Assembly: GCA_965153285.1 (NCBI GenBank)
Contig: OZ229112.1
Source of the DNA: Podarcis tiliguerta
Taxonomy: Eukaryota
Length of the DNA: 64,000 bases
Direction: 5' to 3' (one strand)
The notes below the pieces were generated by a model. It was not told where the DNA came from. It made no database searches and saw only the letters and a list, made by a program, of their open reading frames with translations. The translations under genes and the position numbers were made by a program. Of the stretch, positions 39,527-51,343 are shown piece by piece. Within the stretch, counting starts at the first letter, position 1. Each line of letters begins with the position of its first letter.

Positions 39527-40879
39527 TATTGCTGTGAAGGCTCCCACAGAATGTCTGCACCCTTGGAAGAACATTTCCAGAGTTCTGTGGCCAAAGTAAG
39601 GACAGCTAAAAGCAATCAACCAATTTCTTTCTACCTGTAGCATTATACTGTAAAACAAGAATTCTGTGGATCTTGAAATTAAAAAGTAACTTTAGATTAT
39701 TATTTTTTTTCAAAGCTTCTATTTTTGGACTTTTGATATGAAGGCAGCTTGCTTTCGATTACTGAAGATGAGGTGCAAAGGTGGCACTACCAGCCTGATT
39801 ATGAACAAACTGCCATAATTTATGAGAGACTTTACATATATTGTGCAATGTGACATTCGCTAGCATATATATATATTTTCTCTACTTGTATTATATTTAC
39901 ATAGTTAAGACAGAATTTTCAAGAAGTAATGCTGCATCTGTGCCAGCAAATATATATATTTTTATAAACACGAGAGATGTATCGACAGACAAATACGCAG
40001 ATTATTAAATGTGTTTAATTCATGCCATGGAGTTATTATGCTCGTTATTTGGAAGGAGGGACTTACTCATTTCCTTAAGTAGTGGATTGCTGCTCTTAAA
40101 AAGATGATCCAGTATATTACCTGTGATGGTTCATCCATATAGTTTGGGATACATATAGGGGAAGAAACTAGCCCTTTCTCCTCTAACTGTAATTCTAAGT
40201 CTTACCTCTTCTCCCTCATTGCGGCTTATTCAATATTTGCTTGGAATATTGTTCTTCCTTCCGCTACCATGTCTTTGCTCCACCGTAAGCCTCCAAGAGT
40301 CCTTGGAATAAGGCTGCACCTTTTCACAAAACAGCAAAAATGACAGGGGGTTTCATTCTGACATTGATTTGATATTATTTCTAATAATTTCTAAACAGGG
40401 AGAGATGTGTTTAGTCTTTTGCCGCAAGAGTCCTGCGGCCCGTTAAAGACTAGCAAATATGACATAAAATGTTCACCATCAGATTGTTATCCCCTTGTTA
40501 CAGGTAACACAACATACATGGTAATGTATGAAAATGTATACATGGTACGTGTGTGAAAAGAGCTCAGAAGTACTGAAAAAGCACAGACAGCAATAAACCA
40601 CGAGGATTCATAAACGTACAGGGAAAGTCAATTCATCTGAACCCGATCTTATTAATAGCAAAAAGGTGAGAGACCTTCGTAGCTTACCAAAAAAGGGGCC
40701 TAGACAAACAGGAAAACCCAGAGCTCCTCCATTTAAAAACCTCCCAGAAACCCAAGGACTGCACGTATGTGTCTTCTTATTTGCTATACACTTGTTTATT
40801 AAATTCAGCGGTTGTTTTTTACCAGGAGGAGAGTTTCAGAGGCAGAGCTAGCTAGCTACCTACACATGTAACCTGCTAT

Positions 40880-41960
40880 TTCTACGAAGCGGTCGGGTTA
40901 GACTCACAGCAACCTTACGCGCTAGGACGGAGACTAGCGGCCTGCGCCCATGTGCATATAAAGTCCAAGACTCGCCCCCCGACCCAGAAACGTGGGAACT
41001 GTGGTGTGTTAAAATGTTGGGAACTGTAGCTCTGGAAGGGGATGAACTATAGCTTCTGACATTCTTGGTGGTGGTGTTTGGTGCTTGTGGGCAACCCCAG
41101 CCTGACGCGCTTCGTGGCCGAATGGGCGTTTGAGGCAGGCTCTTTCAAGCCGTGGTCGCCTGTGAAGGAAAACGGCTTAACGCCCGTATATATATATGTA
41201 TGCATATGGACCTAATGGTCAGGGGTCCCTTTACCTTTATATGTATGTGAGTATACACACAGAGCACTTGTTTTTATTGTCAGGCACATAAAATGTATTG
41301 AGAAGCTTACGAGCCCCTAATGAACAAACCGGGGAAGGTTGCCTCATAACGGCCAACTGAAGCCCCGAGGACGAGGCGGGACCAGCGCGTCTCCTGGCCC
41401 CGCCTCTCTGTCAGAAATGCTCCTCACGAACCGCACGCGCCGCCTGCCACCCAACCGCATAGGAGAAGCTTAAGCCACGTGAGCGAGGCCTCAAAAAAAA
41501 AGGGGGGGAGGGGAAAGCAGCTCCCTTGTCGCGAGAGGGCGTTTGTTAGATCATAGAGAGACCCGTTGGTGGTAAGTAGAGCGCCGTCGACTGAGGAGCG
41601 TAGACAAGGGGAGCTGACGCGAGGCGCCGGCTTAAGGCCCCGCCCCTTTTTCCTCCTACTGCCACCACCGAAGGCCAGCCAGCGCCCCTTGTGGCGGCTC
41701 GGGAGCCGAGCAGCTCCTCCTCCTCCGCTCGCGAACTAACAGGAATGAACAGAGCGCCGAGCGGGTGCGAGAAGAGGCCGATGTCGTTATCCCGATTGGC
41801 GACCGAACCGCGTCCCCTTATAAGGTAAGAGCCTCCCGCGGCGGGGGCGGGCAGGTAGGCGGGGGCGATGGAGGAGGAGGAGGGGGCGGGGCCAACGGCC
41901 TGAGGGAAAAACCCCGAGGCGCTGCGGTGGGTGTGTAACACGATTTAGGCCGCAGTCCAA
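40880..41960 (+). promoter_or_regulatory. CpG-island promoter and non-coding first exon(s) of WDCP copy B
   Basis: CpG-rich. Contains E-box CACGTG (~41476), TCGCGAGA (41529-41536), inverted CCAAT (GATTGG ~41794) and GC boxes. Two good donors: GTG|GTAAGT (41571/41572) and AAG|GTAAGA (41824/41825). Confidence 0.8.
41207..41237 (+). mobile_element. Extreme 3' stub of a Sauria SINE
   Basis: GGACCTAATGGTCAGGGGTCCCTTTACCTTT is identical to the 3' end of the 49391 copy. Flanked by a TATATGTATG repeat. Confidence 0.75.
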
Positions 41961-42039
41961 TACGCCTGCATGGTGTGAGTCCCGTTGAACTTCAGTTTAA
42001 AGAAAAGCAAACCCACGGGGACAGTTCTCCTTTCATGGG

Positions 42040-42790
42040 ATCGGAAGGGATCCTGAGGATCATCTAGTCCAACCCCCTGCAATGCAGGAATAAGGCAGCG
42101 CCGGTCCCATACGGGGCTCGAACCTGCGACCTTGGGGTTATCGGCATAGCTGTCAACTTTCAGATTTGAAAATAAGGGATCAGCAGCCTTGAAAATAAGG
42201 GATCAGCAGCCTCACCTGTCCCGGGGAGCCTCGAAAATATGGGATCAGCAGGCTCAACTGTCCCAAGGACAGTCTACGGGATATCTAACAATCTGGGATA
42301 GCAGCGGGAAGCAGCGGGCAACGGTGCTGGAATAAGGGAATTCCCCGCAAAAAGGGAAGGTTGACAGCTATGGTTATCGGCAGCCCGCTCCAAACCAACT
42401 GGAGCTGTGAGTCACAGAACAGTCCTCAGTCTAGGCCTTGGGGGCCCTTCGCAATACGGTTTGTATAAAATCGTAGAATTTTGGAGTCGGAAGGAACCCC
42501 TGAGGGCCATCTAGTCCAACCCCCTTCAATGCAGGAATCTGTCGACGCGGGGCTCAAACCCACAACCCTGAGATGAAGGGTCTCGTGCTGTACCTGACTA
42601 GGCTACTATCACGCTGGAAGAGAGATTTCTGCTCTCATGCAGCAGAGTTAAGCGCGACTGCGGTTGCTCCAATCGCATTAAAAATGTCACATTGGAAGGG
42701 ACCCCATCTGGTCCACATTTTGCTCAGTGTGGGGGGCTTGAATCTGCAACCCTGAGATTTAAGAGTCTTACGCTCTGCCAGCTAAACTAG
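42040..42790 (-). mobile_element. Cluster of three tRNA/CR1-tail SINE copies; the first is interrupted by a hAT MITE
   Basis: Copies at ~42040-42405, ~42474-42610 and a head at ~42725-42790. Shared segments ATCTAGTCCAACCCC..GCAATGCAGGAAT and CAACCCTGAGAT..AAG.GTCT. Confidence 0.75.
42145..42372. mobile_element. 228-bp hAT-type MITE, same family as 23765
   Basis: TIR CATAGCTGTCAAC. 8-bp TSD GTTATCGG (42137-42144 and 42373-42380). Internal AATAAGGGATCAGCAG repeats. Confidence 0.9.
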
Positions 42791-43617
42791 TGAAGAAGCA
42801 GGCATGCGGGTTCTAACAATTATATATGCTTGTATCATTCTGAACTCCCCGAAGACTGGCAGAGCCTACAGAAAGCACCTTGCTTGCTCTGTTCGGAAAA
42901 ATGTCTTGTTTGGCTATTGTATGCACTTTACAAGTTACCTGCCGCCAAGCAACTGGGTTTTTGAAAGACTTAACAATGATACCAAGGCCAGTGCAGCGTA
43001 GCATAACAAATCCAGCTGGAATTGTGTCACAAGCATAAAGCAAGAACTATGTATAGACATACCTGCTGTGGTCTATACATCAAGTCTCACACATGCAGCA
43101 CTAGTTTAGTTTGCCGCCTGTTATCTGACAAAATGGGTTCTGGGCCTCAAAAGTTTATGCCACAATTTATTACTTCATAAGGTACCCCGAGACTCTTGGT
43201 TATATGTGGAGTGTATTGTCAAGTAATCACTCCTCAGTTGTCTCCCAGGACAGACAGATGCCAACCATGCATGTAGAAGACATACTAGAAAACATACGCA
43301 TTTCACAGATGGGATCACTAAGGCAGACTTGGGACATATCACTGGTTTGTATCATTTTGAGTGCTCTGCATGTGTTCTGAATTCTCTACCATAGATACTC
43401 ACTTATTCACCTTTAGCAAATATCTATAGTACAGGGAATACAGAACACATGCAGAGCATTGAAACTAATCCAAGCCTATGGCAGGAACGGTACAATCTGC
43501 ATTATATAGTCAAGGTTTTAAACTTTTACCAAATATTTTTCTGTTGCACACTTCTCCCAGCCACTACAAACACTTTAAAAAAAAAGAAATGGGAAGGCAG
43601 CGGTACCCCAAGCAGTA

Positions 43618-43986
43618 AAGGTAAAGGTAAAGGTAAAGGTACCCCTGCCCGTACGGGCCAGTCTTGACAGACTCTAGGGTTGTGCGCCCATCTCACTCAA
43701 GAGGCCGGGGGCCAGCGCTGTCCGAAGACACTTCTGGGTCACGTGGCCAGCGTGACATCGCTGCTCTGGTGAGCCAGAGCCGCACACGGAAACGCTGTTT
43801 ACCTTCCTGCTAGTAAGCGGTCCCTATTTATCTACTTGCACCCGAGAGTGCTTTCGAACTGCTAGGTTGGCAGGCGCTGGGACCAAACAACGGGAGCGCA
43901 CCCCGCCGCGGGGATTCGAACCGCCGACCTTTTGATCGGCAAGCCCTAGGCGCTGAGGCTTTAACCCACAGCGCCACCCACGTCCC
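43618..43986 (-). mobile_element. Sauria SINE, full length, in intron 1 of WDCP copy B
   Basis: (AAAGGT)n tail on the left. TSD ACCCCAAGCAGTA at 43605-43617 and 43989-44001. Confidence 0.93.
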
Positions 43987-44939
43987 ACACCCCAAGCAGT
44001 AGGGCTGATTATTTTTCAGTGTGATGGTAAACTTAGTACAAAGTGCCCCCTCCTCTCCTCAGCTTCTTATATTTGCCTTATGCAAGGCAGATTTGGGTTT
44101 GACACAAAGTATACACTTGGCAGGGAGCTGCTACCAATCCTGACTGTGGTGAGAGTACCTGTCTGACATAGATGTCAGAAAACACATCCCATCCCATCCC
44201 AAATAATTATGGGTACCGTAGTTTTGTCAAGAGTTGCTGGGATTTGTACCTCTGAGGGATGACCTACAGTACCCAGAATTCTTTTGAATGTGTTTCAAAT
44301 AGGCTTTAAAGCTTTAAAGCTCTAAGGTATACAACCTTAGAGATAAAAATGGGTAATGTGAGAAGAACATCCATATTCTAGCATTTGTTAAAGTTGTTAT
44401 TGTCTATTACAGTATTGTAACAAAATAATATAAATACTTTTTTTAAAATGCAAATAATACCTACTGATACATGGGCCCCTATATTCTCGGCCTTTGTTAT
44501 TTTAACCCATGTGCAACTATACTCATTCCATGGGCCTATTTTATAGTTTTGTCTTTCATCTTTTTATTTTTTTATTCATTGTTCTTTCTTTTATTATATA
44601 CATTGTAAAATGAAATTTAAAAAACTCTGGAAAAAAGATACATGAACCTCAGTTGTATACCGTGTTTACTTTACTCCCCTTTTTGCTTATTGTCTCAAAT
44701 CACTAAATATTTTTTTAAAAAAAGATGAATGCTAGAAGAAAACAAGAAGCCTTGATGGATCAAGGCAGAGATTCATCCAGCATGCTCTTTTCAACAGTGA
44801 GCCCCAAAATGTTCCTGGGAATTTACTTTTTGTATTTGCGTCATTATATGGCATAAAGACAAATTAGCAACAGCAAAAATGTTTCAAATAATGTTTTTTG
44901 TTTGCTTGCTTTATAGATGTATTCCTTCAGAACATAAAA

Positions 44940-46835
44940 ATGGAGTTGGGGAAAGGAAAATTGCTGAGAACTGGCCTCAATGCCTTATACCAGGCCATAC
45001 ATCCTGTGCATGGGATTGCTTGGACTGATGGAAAGCAAGTGATCCTGACTTCGTTGTATCAGCATAATGGAGAACCTAAATTTGGCAACTCGAATGTTGT
45101 TGGCCAGTTTGAACACGTTCACGGGCTTTACTGGGCTCCATCTTGTGCCCCAGATCTCCCTGCACTCCTTGCTATCCAGCATAAAAAACACATCACCATG
45201 TGGCAGCTGTGTTACAGTGTTTCTGAAAGAAACAAACTGATGGTTTATCAAATCAGCGAAATTGGCGAGCTGTTTCCCATCCTTCCTCAGGGGTGTGTGT
45301 GGCATCCGACAAAGGAAATCTTGGCTGTGCTTACTACGCGGGACACCTCTGTGCTACACTCGGTCCGGATCAACAACTCCAGAATAAAAGCAGATATTAA
45401 AAGCAGTGCGCTCATCCACTGTGCTTGCTGGACTGAGGAAGGCAACCGCTTGGTGGTTGGGATAGGCAGTGCCCTCCATTCCTATATTTGGGATGATGAA
45501 CAGAAAACTTTGAATGCCTGCTCTTTTTGCCCGATATTTGACGTGGGAGGCTACATCTGTGCAATCGAAGCGACATTAGGTTCTCAAGTGGCGGTTGCTA
45601 CCGAACTTCCACTAGATAAGATATGTAGCTTAAACGCGGGCATTTCATTTGAAATGCCATCTGAGGCTGTCGGAAACACTGTTCCCTCACAAACTTCCTT
45701 GTCAACCTGCAAAGAAGAGCTCTCAGTAGACAGTGGGAAAAAGTTAACAGACCAAGAAAAACCTGGGTCCATTGTAACTTCTACATCTTCGTCGGTGGAT
45801 CTAACCCACCTCACTGCAAGCAAGCAGCAGACTGATAACAATTCTCTCCTTCATCTAAGAACTAAGGATTACTTAACAGGAAGCGGCCAAGATGCCTCAC
45901 ACCTGATCTTGGTGACTTTTGAAAGAAAAGTGACAGCTACCAAAAAAGTCAGCATCTCAGGGATTCTGGTCCCAGACATAATGACTTTTGATTCTAAAAC
46001 TCAAACTGTGGCAGTGGCGTCCAACACTTGTAATATAATTTTGGCTTACTCTTTATCTTCATCTCACTTGCCTAACATTCAACAAATTCAACTGGAGAAA
46101 AGCGAAAGGCCAAAGGGATTGTGTTTCCTGACAGAAAAGCTATTGCTGATACTGGTTGGAAAACAGAAATTAACAGACCCGGCTTTTCTTCCATCGTCAC
46201 GCTCGGACAAGTACATTCTCCGTTTGATGGTCAAAGAAATTGTGTGCAAAGAAGACTCTACTGCCTTTTCGGGGACTACCCAGGTTTGCTTTGCAAACGT
46301 ACCGGTAAAAAAAGAGGGCATAGAAATTCATTCTTCAGAGCCTCATGTACTGTGTGATGGATTGCTGATGCCAGGTTGCACAGCGATCCAGTCTCCGAGA
46401 AACAGAAGAAAACTCATAGAAGAAATTAAGAGCCCTGCTAATGAGCAAAGCGTGCTGACCAATGCAGTTGACTTCCAGGAGAAAAAGATTTCCAGGGACT
46501 TCCCTCAAGTCCTGGGAAGTTTGGATGCTGAACCAACAAATCGTTCACTTGTTCTTCAAGGAATCGAAACCTCTTCAGGATTGTCAAACGTATCCATTTC
46601 ACCAAACAAGCATGTGCATAGTTCTATGGATATGTCAAATTCCTCAAAAACAAACTTGCTGCAAATTGAAAAAGAACCCTCTTACACCTCTAAGCATCTG
46701 GAAAGGCTGTGCTGCAGGTTTGCAGAATTGCAGCATCAGCTTTTTGAACTAACCGAGCTTTTGAAATCGGGGAAAAAACCTCTGCTGGGATATCCATCTT
46801 CGCGTTCTCCCTCTTTTGTTAACATCACTTATCAG
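44940..46835 (+). CDS. WDCP: WDCP paralogue B, large first coding exon, 632 codons
   Basis: [22 protein letters not shown]...NITYQ. Preceded by a long polypyrimidine tract with acceptors at 44916/44917 or 44930/44931. Phase-0 donor CAG|GTACCT. Confidence 0.95.
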
Positions 46836-47544
46836 GTACCTTTCAAACACAAAGTACATGTATTCATGTGCTTTATTGTTACCAGCTAGGCTTAAAAATA
46901 CTAGAAATCTTGCTTCCTATCTCTGGAGAGAAGCAACTTTTGTATAGCAGCATGGGCTAACACAAACTCACTGAAGGGAGGCAAACAAATTTACTGTCCA
47001 CAACTAGCTGTGTGACACTAAGAGCATCTAGGGATGGGAGCCTGTGGCCTTCCAGACATTGCTGGACTACAACTCCCATCATCCCTGGCTATTGGCTATG
47101 CTGCCTGGGGCTGATGAGGTTTGGGAGTGCAACAGATCTGGAGGGCCACATCCATAGAGCAACAGCTGGGAAGGAGACCTCTGGAAATTCTCCACTGGGC
47201 TTTCATCAGTTGAAACTGCTTGGAATTCTCGTGTGCACAAACAATGCATATCTGTTGCACTGGCCTGCAGATTCTTGAATGCAGTCCCAGACTCTGGGCA
47301 TCTGTTTGATTTTGGCAAGTGCTGTCCAATTTGAGTGCTTCTGCTAATTACCTGTAAAGGGCAAATTAGCAAAGAGGTGGCCTGGATATAGTTTCCCCAT
47401 TCCTGGGCCAAGCAAGTGATCAGCACAGGCTGAGCTGGAACATTCAGCAAATTTAGATGCATGCAGATCAGATTTGTTGCAAGGTGCCTGGGAATGGGGT
47501 GAAATAAGTCTTGATCACGCTAGTAGTTTGTTCTTAATTTACAG

Positions 47545-47662
47545 AAGGATTGTTCCGGAACTGTTACACCTGAGAAGCGAGCTGTTATCCTCTGCGATGG
47601 CAAACTTCGTCTAAGTCTAATTCAGCAGATTTTCAACCTGACTCTTGTTGAAATGCAGCATG
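47545..47662 (+). CDS. WDCP: WDCP paralogue B, 118-nt middle exon [40 protein letters not shown]
   Basis: TTTACAG acceptor and ATG|GTAAGT donor. [14 protein letters not shown] is a WDCP motif. Too short to appear in the ORF track. Confidence 0.94.
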
Positions 47663-47984
47663 GTAAGTTCTGTTTGTCAGAAATATGGTATTTAGTGAAA
47701 ATATTTGATTGATGTGGAAGGAAGGCAGTGTGCCAGTGGGAAAACAGTTGTACCTTTTATTGTGTGTGTTACATTTGGTCTAATTTAGAATTCAGAAACG
47801 GAAGTTGCTTTACATTTTTGTTTATAAGAGGCGAAGGTGCCAAGAGCCCTTTATTTTCAGCTAGGGTTTGTGCTTATTAGAAGACCATTTGGGAAATCAG
47901 AGAAGGAATACTGATTTCTTCTGCATAACTTGTACCTTCTGTGTCATTTCTCACAATATCACCTATGCTTTAGAGTAATGTTTA

Positions 47985-48225
47985 CAGTTATACCTTGGGT
48001 TACAGACGTTTCAGGTTGCGTTTTTTCGGGTTATGGATGCGCCAAAACCCGGAAGTAACCCGGAAGTACCGGAACAGGTTACTTCTGGGTTTTGGCGGTC
48101 GCGCATGCGCAGAAGCACCGAATCGCAACCCGTGCGTGTGCAGACGTGCCACTGTGGGTTGCGGACGCTGCGGGTTGTGAATGTGCATCCCGCACGGATC
48201 ACGTTCGCAACCCACGAGTCCACTG
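47985..48225. mobile_element. Tc1/mariner (Tigger-like) MITE, CpG-rich and palindromic
   Basis: CAGT...ACTG ends, TA TSD and internal inverted repeats. Confidence 0.8.
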
Positions 48226-49390
48226 TATTTCAGTAGCAAGTGTAGAGATATTTCTGAGCATTAGCTCTGCTTTTCCTCATAGGGAATTTCGTTTTGATTA
48301 CCCTTTTCCAGCTCTACAGTATCCTTTTTGAGGTGACCAGAATTATACTCAGCATCCCAAGTACAGTTGCCTAATTGCAGACATTTTACAAGTTAACAGC
48401 ACTATCAAGGCCCAGTAAAAAAACAGAGTGTGCCCAATTTAGCAACACCCCGTTCCATACCCAGTGGCTTCAGCATGCTTCATTTGTTGCAAGCTGCTGC
48501 AAGAACTCCCAAATGGCATTTGGAATAATTTAAGAAAATTCTTGCTATCAATAGTGATTTTCAGATTGATTCCCCTTGCTCAATTATGAAAGTAAATCTT
48601 ATAAATTGCGACTTGCCCTAATTTTCCTTGCACAATTTCAGGGTGGGTTATTAACACGTCTACAATGTGTTACATATGCTGGCTTGTTTAACTGTGCCCG
48701 CAGAGATATTTTGAAAGTCTTGTGCGGTATTGGCCTTAAGTTGAGTTCAGATAAAGCATTAAGCAGAAAGATTAAAAGTTCACATGACTGTAAAGCCTCA
48801 ATCTTCTCATGATGTCACTTGCCGCAGAGTGTTACATAACCGACAAATGGAGCTGCCAGTAAGAATTGCATTTCTAGCAGTTCCTAAAATTACGGGTAGT
48901 GAATGACGTCGCCGTGTCGATATAAAATTTGAGAAGTACTGCATGACTGCTAAAAGCTGACTACACCTGTAATCCAGGAACAGTTTTACAGTTTGGAACC
49001 AAGTTCCTTTGGAAAGGCTGCTTCACGAGGTGCCGGCACAACTAGACATTTGGACCTGCCAGTTTTCGCCCTGAATGTGCTGCAGTCCTTTCAGGAGAAG
49101 GTGGTTTGGGAAAGCTGTTTGCTGCCCTTCCTGACACCTTTTACAATAATGCCCCCCTTGCATGTCTGCGAGTCTGCCTCCCTGTTTCTCCTGAACTGCT
49201 TTGCCGATGCTGGTATTATTCTATCCATGCCCTACCCCAACTCAAGCTGGCATGTACTGTCTGGTTTTACTCCCCTTCCCTATTTTACCTCCTGCATTTT
49301 AAGCCTGTGACCTGAAAAAAGCAAGCCTCCAGATGCCTCTTTAATAATAATAATAATGATGATGATGATATATTATTATTTATACCCTAA

Positions 49391-49740
49391 GGGATGCCGG
49401 TGGCGCTGTGGGTTAAACCACAGAGCCTAGGACTTGCCGATCAGAAGGTCAGCGGTTTGAATCCCCACAGCGGGGTGAGCTCCCGTTGCTCGGTCCCTGC
49501 TCCTGCCCACCTAGCAGTTCAGAAGCACGTCAAAGTGCAAGTAGATAAAAAGGTACCGCCCCGGCGGGAAGGTAAACGGTGTTTCCGTGTGCTGCTCTGG
49601 TTCGCCAGAAGCGGCTTAGTCATGCTGGCCACATGACCCGGAAGCTGTATGCTGGCTCCCTCGGCCAATAAAGCGAGATGAGCACTGCAACTCCAGAGTC
49701 GGCCACGACTGGACCTAATGGTCAGGGGTCCCTTTACCTT
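49391..49740 (+). mobile_element. Sauria SINE, full length, in the last intron of WDCP copy B
   Basis: Complete head and tail. TSD TATTTATACCCT at 49377-49388 and 49741-49752. Confidence 0.92.
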
Positions 49741-51047
49741 TATTTATACCCTGCCATCTGGGGTATAAATACTTTGGAATGGCGTTGGGGGAAATGGCTG
49801 CTTTTACCTGCTTTAGGAAAGCAGAGGCATGCCAAATGCTCTTAGTTCTATCAAGGCTAAGATCATCTCCACAGTGTTTCCATGCACATTCCAGGAAGAA
49901 CACCCTCCACAATCTTTAGGCAGCTCACTAACATTGCTGTATCAATGGGCTGAAACTGAGATGAAAGGGAGGAGGGTCCTGAATGGTGCAGCTAGGTAGA
50001 TATAGACCTTGGGCTTAACAGTCATTACACACACACACACACACAGATACCCTCCACCATTTCATTCTTTACTTCCAACATTCCTGCTGTGTTGGAAGAA
50101 GGGGGGGGGGAGAGAACCCCAAACCAAAAGCAGTTTGGTTATCCTGATTTTTTTCAGAGAAAAATACTCTTGAGCATCTGCAGCACTGCATTTTCAGACT
50201 TCGCAAAATTGTAGTGCCATCAGGACTACAAGAAAAAAAAATGGGAGCTTGCTTCTGCTGCTCAACAAGAAACATCTGAAGTCATTGGCAGCCAAGCTAC
50301 AGAACAGAATTGTGGCCTTGCTTGACAACAGGAGGGACCCTGGCTAAAGCATAGAATCCAACCTTTGCTGCTGCTTAATTCTCCAGTACTGAGGTGCTGC
50401 ATGCTTCTCTGTTCACTGGGCTACAAGCTGAACCAAGACATGGATGGCTGTCAGAGTGGAGTAGTCACCCCCAATTTCTGTTTGGTTTGGTTTGCTAATA
50501 CTATTCCTTCCCTTGGGAGTGTTCATGTCTTACTAAGCTTGTGCCAGCCATTCAGAGAGTTTAATCACTGTATTGAAATACCACCATTTTCAATGTACAA
50601 GGTAGAAGCTGCAATGCAAGAATTGTTTGAATTAAATGCTTCCAGCCAAGAATTGCCCAAGTGTCACTTTGATACAGTCTCATTTTAAAAGTTGTCTGTG
50701 ACTTAGAAGTCATGTCAAGATGTATTTCTTGCTGCTTTCTGTGTACGTAAAAATTAATCTAACATTGCTAGCTAGAAGCAGGACTTCCAGCTTGGTCCCA
50801 TGACCATGGATGCCCGGGCCTGTGGGTGCCCTTCATGGGGAATTTTGTGGGTGCTCGGTTACCCAGGGCCCTGGAGAGTTGGCACCTATGGCTAGAAGTG
50901 TATTACACTGTTGGGTCTGATACCGTTAATCTAAATTCTGAATTTAGGCCAGCCAGCTACTGTCATTTTATATCGCAAACTGTAACAAAGATCACAGTTT
51001 TTCTATTATGCTCTTGAAAAATTGTATGTATCTAATGTCTTCAACAG

Positions 51048-51343
51048 GTTTGTCCTGGATTGTGCTCACTTCAGACAACGAAGGTTTTATTCCATTAACA
51101 TTTGATGCCCTGCAGGAGATAGTCATAAGGGATGCCCACTCTAGTGATATTGCCAGCTGTAACGATAGCAGCACTGATTCTTCCAAAACACTGAAAACTA
51201 TCAGTTCCACAGGTGATGGATACAGGAAGATTTCCTCCCAAAGCTTGGATCGTGATAACAGTTCTATGGAAGTAATGGGAGAACATTCTTCCCAGTGTCT
51301 GGTACAGAGTAATTCTTCAGGCCACACCAGTACGGCTTCATAA
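51048..51343 (+). CDS. WDCP: WDCP paralogue B, last coding exon (G)[28 protein letters not shown]...HTSTAS*
   Basis: CAACAG acceptor, phase 1, conserved EGFIPLTF motif, Ser-rich tail, TAA stop. Confidence 0.94.

Noticed and set aside
42160-42300. Spaced AATAAGGGATCAGCAG repeats that look vaguely CRISPR-like
   Set aside because: They are internal repeats of a hAT MITE in a eukaryotic genome, with irregular spacing.
47995-48331. Overlapping ORFs and a small CpG-rich patch in the WDCP-B intron
   Set aside because: Explained by a young palindromic Tc1/mariner MITE.
20273-51343. WDCP duplication as a haplotype or assembly artefact, or a processed pseudogene
   Set aside because: The copies differ extensively in coding sequence, have unrelated introns, and both keep introns and open frames.
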